64,000 nucleotides of DNA, taken from contig JABVCE010000022.1 of NCBI GenBank assembly GCA_014905635.1, positions 186,001 to 250,000 on the forward strand, in the 5' to 3' direction. The position numbers were made by a program, and so were the translations under genes. This DNA comes from Scenedesmus sp. PABB004 (taxonomy: Eukaryota). Shown in pieces: positions 58,801 through 64,000 of the stretch; within the stretch, counting starts at the first letter, position 1; each line of letters begins with the position of its first letter. The notes under the pieces are model-generated. The model worked only from the letters and a program-made list of their open reading frames with translations. It did no database searches and was not told where the DNA came from.

Positions 58801-60210
58801 TAACCATAGACGGCACCCCATTCCTGCGGCTGATTCTTTTTTCGTGCACCTGGCCAGCGGCCCCGTCGCCGCTGGCGCCCTCCGTTCCGTCGCTCGCTCT
58901 ACGTTTCGATAAGGCGCCCGGCCTTGACCGCGCACTGAATCCCGCCGCGCGTGCGCGCCGCGCACCGCGCGCCGCCGCGTTTATACGGCCTGGTCGTGCT
59001 GCGTGGGGGAAGGGGAAGGGGGGAGGGGGTGCCAGCGCGCGCGCACGAGCGCGCTGCGTGCGGCGAGCGCATCCGGCTGGGGGGCGGCGCGTGCTGCTGG
59101 TTGCGGCCGACAGGTCCTGCGGGCTGCCGCCCGTCCCTCAGAACCAACAAATAGCGCGGCCCAGCGGTCGCTTTGAACTGCGCCGCTGGCGGCCTGAACG
59201 CGCGCCGCTCGTCCGAGGCTGCAGCGCAGGCTCCCCCTGCTGGGGGGAGCGCTGCTGCTGCTGCCGCCCACGGGCGTGTGCTCCCTTTTGGCGCGCGGGC
59301 TGCGCGCTCGCTTGGCGCTGTGAGCTGTTGCGCGCGCCTCACCCACCTGCGCTCGTGTGGAGCGCGGCAGCACCCGTGCGTGCCGGCCGCGCGCCTCTCA
59401 GCGCGGTGGATGGTTGCCGAGTCGGGTGTGTCATCATCAGTCCGCGCCTCGGCCCGCCCAAGTCAACGGCGGGCCGTGGCGCGCGCCCCTCCCCGCCGCC
59501 ACCCATGCTTTCCACGCTGCGTCCCATGCCCCCGTTGGTTGGATGGCGACCCCTGCGCGCACGCGCACGCGCGCGCCCTAGAATAAACTGAGCACGCAAA
59601 CTGCTGCTGGAGCGGACCGACATGAGCGCCGGCCTCTCTCATTCTGCTTGCTTTGCTTTGCTGTGCGCTACGACTGCGGCTGCTGCTGCTGCTGGAGCGG
59701 CGCAGATGACTGACTGCACACGGCTGAGCGCCGCGCGAGGCCGGCCAGAGCTCTTGCGTCGAGGCGGCGCCGTGGCGGCGCGCCCGCCCGCGCGGAGGCG
59801 AGCCGCGAGCACTGCGCATGGCAAGGACGGATGACCGCCGTCGACCGATCGCCGTTGACTGGGCTGTTCGGGTTGGTTGCGCAACAACAGCTCCCCTCGC
59901 TGCCTGCGCGCGCGTCTGGACGCACGTGCGCACCAGCGCTGGCGCTTTTGACTGCTGCTTGAGCAAGTGAGTACGTACGCATCAGTTTGAGCTCACTGCT
60001 GAGTTTGGTTTAGGTTGAGCTACCTATGTGGCGGTGCACACCACCACACACATGTACAGGGGGCCAGGCCCGAGCGGCCACACGGACAGAGCGAGGCGGC
60101 GACCGCGTCACGCATAAATCACCACCACCTTGGCCACCAGCGTGCGCCAGTTGGAATCGCGCGGCGCGCGCAGCGCGGCGGACGACGAGAAGTAATGCTC
60201 GCGCGTTCCG

Positions 60211-60513
60211 TCACCGCACGCCGGGCACCGGTGCCACGCCGCCGTCCGTGACGCGCCAGCGCTCGACAGGGCCGGTGAAGCCCGCGCCCTGCACCCGACG
60301 GGGCAGGCGAGCGCCACGTCAGCGGAACGTCAGCGTGGGCGGCACACGCAGCGCGCAGCACAGCGCAGCGCTCCACCTGCCACTGCAGCAGCACCTCCGC
60401 CGGCTGCGGCCCGCGCGCCAGCGCCGGCAGCGCCTGCCCCGACGCCAGCACCGGCATCAGCAGCAGGCGGTGGGTGACAGACTCCTGGCGGCAGCGGCAG
60501 CGGCGGCGGCGGC

Positions 60514-60551
<38 letters not shown>

Positions 60552-62071
60552 TCGCCACGAGCGCCGCGCTCGCGCCGGGGCCGGCCCGCCGCCGCGACCC
60601 GCACCTGCCACGGCTGCGTCAGCACCTCGCGCTGCAGCAGGCGCGAGCCGGCGGCGCCGTCGTCCAGCCACACCCACGCCTGCTTGCTCGCGACCACGGG
60701 GCAGCGCAGCGCCCCCCGCAGCTCGCGCAGCAGCGCCGCCGCGGCGCCCTGCACGCGCTGCGCGTCCGTGCCGCCGCCGCCGGGCTGCTGCGCCGCTGGC
60801 GGCGGGGGCTGCCACGCCGCGCGCCGCGCCGCACCGCCGCCGGCGGCTGCCCTGTCCTGCCAGATGAAGGCCGCCACGTCGTCCAGCAGCAGCAGCCGGC
60901 AGCGCGCCTGGGCGTGGCGTGGGCCGGAGGGGGTGTGGGCCGCGGGGCGCAGGGGCGTGGGCCGCGGGGCGGCGTAGGCCGCGGGGCGGCGTGGGCCGGC
61001 GCGCCGGCCAGCGCGCGCGCGGCGGCGGCGCCGTCCACGCGCCTGTGCCGCCGCGAGGTGCTGCGGCAGCGCCGCCAGCGCGAGCAGCAGCTCCACGCTG
61101 CTGAAGCAGCGCACCTGCGCGGCGGCACGGCAAAGCAGAGCGGCGGTCAGGGGCACCGTTCAGGCGGCAGCGCCGGGCGGGGCCTCGGGGCGGCAGCAGG
61201 CAGGCAGGCAGGCCCCTGGCCCGAGGCCCGCACCAGGTGGATGCGCGAGAGCGCGGCCTGCAGCGTCACCGCCGGCTGGGCCCCCGCCCCTGCAGCCGCG
61301 CGCAGCGAGTGAGCGCGGGCGCGCGTGCCGGCGCCGCGCGTGGTGAGCGCGCGCCACCGCCGCACCCACCCGGCTGGGCCGCCGTCAGCCGCCGCTGCAG
61401 CACCTGCGCACCGCGCGGCGGCGGCGCGCGTGCTCGGTCGCGCGCACAGCGTGCCGGTCAGGGCGCGCCCCCCGCCACTCACCTGCATCAGCCGCAGCAC
61501 GTCAAACTTGCCGTCGCAGTCGATGACCACAACGCAGCCTGCGCGCGCGGTAGCCGGCGCAGCGAGCGGCGCGGCCGGCGGGGAACTGCTGCCGCCGCGC
61601 CGCGCACGCAGCGCCCTCGCAGCGCCCGGCGGGCTGGCGCGCTGGTGTCTTTTACCAGCGCCCCTCCCCCCAGCGCACCGTCGCTCGCCGCCTGGGCCCC
61701 CGCTGGCGCGCCCGGCGCCGCCGCTGCTGCGCTGCACGCCAGGCTCGCGGCGACCTGCGCCGTCGAGCGGGCGGCCTCGCCGGCCTGCGCTGCACCAAGC
61801 GCGGCGACCGTGCCGCCCCTCCGCGCGGCCGCTGTGGCTCCGGCCCAGCGCCCCGCACGCGCGCCTGCGTGAGAATCTCGGTCTTGGCGGCGCCCGCGGC
61901 GCCCACCAGCTCCAGCACGTGCCCCGGCCGCAGCGTGGCGTAGGCGTCAAGGAACGGCACGCCCGTGGGGACGGCCTCCTGCTCCTGGCGAGCCAAGAAC
62001 TGCGCGGCGGTCTCGTCCGGAGCGACGCACGCGGCGAGCAGCGCGGCGGCGTGCTGCGCCGCGTCGTCCAT
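60211..62071 (-). CDS. XRCC2: RAD51 paralog XRCC2, about 9 exons
   Basis: PDETAAQFLAR...TGVPFLD...GHVLELVGAAGAAKTEIL, VVVIDCDGKFDVLRL, RIHL|VRCFSSVELL, LLLLDDVAAFIWQDR, WQ|ESVTHRLLL. Confidence 0.85.
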
Positions 62072-62334
62072 CGCCGCTGGTGCCTGCTGGCTGTGCTGCT
62101 GGTGATCTACGCTCAGCCTGCACGCCCGGCACGGCGTCGCTGAACCGCCGCTAGCCAGCCGCGCGCGTGTGGCACGTGCCGCGCCCACGTTTCCGGCCCG
62201 CACCACCCAGGCGCCGCCCCCGCGGCGCTGCGATGCCCCGCCAGCCGCGCCTCCCCGCCCGCCCGCCCGCCCGCCCGCCCGCCCGGCCCGGCCCGCCCGC
62301 CCGCGCCCGCCGCCGGGCGCGCCGCGGCGCCCGC

Positions 62335-63190
62335 TCAGCTGAGCGCCGCGCCCTCGGCGTCCTTGCTCTTGAGCTGCGACGCGACCTCGTCGATGGAGGC
62401 GTTGAGCTGCGCGATCTTGTCGATCAGGTCCTGCTTGGTCGCCTCGGGGTCCTTTGGCGCCTCGTCCTCGAGGAAGCGCGGCAGACGCAGCCGCGCGTCG
62501 TCGCTCAGCAGCGTCTTGCTGATCTAGCATGTGCCAGGTGCGGCGGTGGCGGCGCGCGGGCGGGCGGCAGGCAGCGGGCGGGTCGCACGCGGGGCGCGCG
62601 GCGCGGCGCGGGCCGCCGCCGCGCCTGCCGCCGGGGGATGCCTCGGCCCCGCTGCCGCCCCCGCCGCCGCTGCCGCCGCTGCCGCCCCCGCCGCTGCTGC
62701 CGTCGCTGCTGCCCCCGCTGCCGCCGCGGCGCCGCACCTGCGGCGCCAGGAGGAAGCCGAGCGCGCCAAACACGACGCCGCCGACGACAAAGCCCGCCAG
62801 GAAGTTGGAGTCGCTGCTGCGCTCCGCCCTGAGAGCGGCGAAAGAGGTGGTGCGTCCCAGACGGGGAGGTGGGGCAGGGCGGGGAGCGGCGCGCCCGCGG
62901 CGGCCCCCGTCGCCGCGCGCCGCCGCCGCTGCTCCGCTCGCGCGCGCCGCCGCCGCACCTGGCCACCACCGTGCGCCGCCGGGAAGCGCGGCACGGCGCG
63001 CAGGTGGGCGTCGCCAGCGCCTGGCGGGGCGCGGCGCGCAGCTGCTGCGCGCCTGCGTCGCGGGCCGCCCCGCATGCGCGGCCGCAGCGCGTGAGCTCTG
63101 CGCGCGCCGGGCGGGCCTGCGCCGCGCGCCGGCAATCCACCCTGGACGTCCCGTCGTCCCTGCCGCACCGTGCTTCATCGCCAGCGCCAT
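62335..63190 (-). CDS. Small plastid membrane protein, YtxH-like (Gly-rich TM helix plus coiled coil), 4 exons
   Basis: Transit peptide, SNFLAGFVVGGVVFGALGFLLAPQ|ISKTLL...LPRFLEDE...ATKQDLIDKIAQLNASIDEVASQLK. Confidence 0.78.
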
Positions 63191-63488
63191 GGCGCGGTCT
63201 GTGCTGCTGCTGCTGCCGGATGGGGCGCGGCGCGCCGGCTCGCTGCTGCTGAGGGCGCGGGTGCTTGCGCGGAGGGCGGTGAGGCTGTGGGCGGGCGCGC
63301 GGCGGGGCTCGGGGTGCAGGTCTGAGCGGCGGCGGCGGCGGCGTGCCAAAGCCCACTTTCGCGAGCGCACGCGCTCACACCCGCACTCTGCCGCTCGTGC
63401 CTCCGCCTCCACCGCGCCGCCTCCTGCTGGCAACCCGCCGGCACCGGGCACGCGCCGAACGACAGGCAGCGGCGGCCGCGCGCCGACG

Positions 63489-64000
63489 ATGGGCGCCCGG
63501 GCCTGCTGCGGGGCAGCGGCGGGGCCGGCGGGCGCCCTGGGTCTGCTGCTGTGCCTCCTGTGCCTCCTGCCCTCGCCCGCGGCAGGCGGCGCGGCGGCGG
63601 CAGCGGCGGGGGTGGAGGCCGCGCTGAAGGCCGACGCGGCGGCGCTCGCGCCCTGGCTTGTGGCGCTGCGCCGCGAGCTCCACGCCGCGCCGGAGCTCAT
63701 GTTTGACCTCCCCGCCACGTCGGCACGCGTGCGCGCGGCGCTGGAGGAGCTGGGCATCCCCGTGGAGGGGCCGTACGCGACGAGCGGCCTCGTCGGCCGG
63801 CTCGGGCGCGGCGCGCCGGTCGTGGCGCTGCGCGCCGACATGGACGCGCTGCCCGTGCACGAGCCGCCGGGGCTGCCGTTCCGCAGCAAGAACGAGGGCG
63901 TCATGCACGCCTGCGGCCACGACGGTGCGGCCGCGCAGCGCCGGCCGCCGCCGCGCCCGCCGCCGCCGGACCCGCCCGGCGACGCCCGCCCGCCCGCCGG
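63489..64000 (+). CDS. M20D amidohydrolase (ILR1/IAA-amino acid hydrolase-like) with signal peptide; runs off the window end
   Basis: WLVALRRELHAAPELMF...VVALRADMDALPVHE...FRSKNEGVMHACGHD, then a GT donor at 63925. Not in the ORF track because there is no stop in the window. Confidence 0.9.
   Translation, partial: MGARACCGAAAGPAGALGLLLCLLCLLPSPAAGGAAAAAAGVEAALKADAAALAPWLVALRRELHAAPELMFDLPATSARVRAALEELGIPVEGPYATSGLVGRLGRGAPVVALRADMDALPVHEPPGLPFRSKNEGVMHACGHDGAAAQRRPPPRPPPPDPPGDARPPA

Noticed and set aside
58800..60210. Lower-GC intergenic stretch including gtttggtttaggtt
   Set aside because: Only one imperfect telomere-like word and no repeat or ORF support; probably convergent 3' UTRs.
61880..61910. 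Degenerate Walker A (GAAGAAKT) in the RAD51 paralog
   Set aside because: Relaxed ATP-binding motifs are known for XRCC2; not evidence of a new function.
1..62071. DNA-repair cluster (SPRTN and XRCC2) or auxin cluster (ThDP enzyme and ILR1-like)
   Set aside because: The genes are 30-60 kb apart among unrelated housekeeping genes; nothing indicates functional clustering.
1..64000. Hundreds of long overlapping ORFs in the track (for example 39054-41819 and 61652-63904 on the minus strand)
   Set aside because: Arg/Ala/Pro/Gly-rich frames are expected when stop codons are rare at very high GC; they are antisense or off-frame shadows of spliced genes.
1..64000. Autonomous transposon, retroelement, viral insert, tRNA or rRNA
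   Set aside because: No transposase, reverse transcriptase, integrase, capsid or structured-RNA signature was recognisable by eye; small RNAs cannot be excluded without a covariance search.

Overview
This is eukaryotic nuclear DNA, not prokaryotic. It is extremely GC-rich (roughly 80% by eye), compact and intron-dense, most likely from a chlorophyte green alga (Sphaeropleales-like; inferred from nuclear psaE, BADC, KCBP and APX6-type genes and the intron style). The six-frame ORF track is mostly spurious Arg/Ala/Pro/Gly frames, so I rebuilt genes by hand from exons and splice sites. About 27 protein-coding genes are present. Recognisable ones are SprT/Spartan protease (partial), mitochondrial L16, KCBP kinesin, Mpv17/PMP22, WDR33/FY, a bacterial-type ThDP enzyme, a TRIR-like protein, PsaE, TAF9, sorting nexin, endosulfine, APX6-like, BADC, a degenerate eIF4A-CTD protein, a J-domain protein, XRCC2, a YtxH-like plastid protein and an ILR1-like M20 hydrolase (partial). 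The rest are a tandem pair of secreted beta-rich proteins, an uncharacterised plastid membrane protein, a small prepropeptide and several hypotheticals. Most notable: (1) about one intron in five apparently uses a GC-AG donor, typically AG|GCGCG; (2) a small secreted precursor has RRLL sites, a C-terminal disulfide loop and a Gly-Arg amidation signal; (3) there are repeated local gene-fragment duplications, including an inverted copy of the DnaJ 5' end right behind the gene and a sorting-nexin fragment that may supply the endosulfine start codon; (4) an intron holds a palindromic minisatellite bounded by a perfect 48-bp inverted repeat. All exon boundaries are manual predictions without transcript data.
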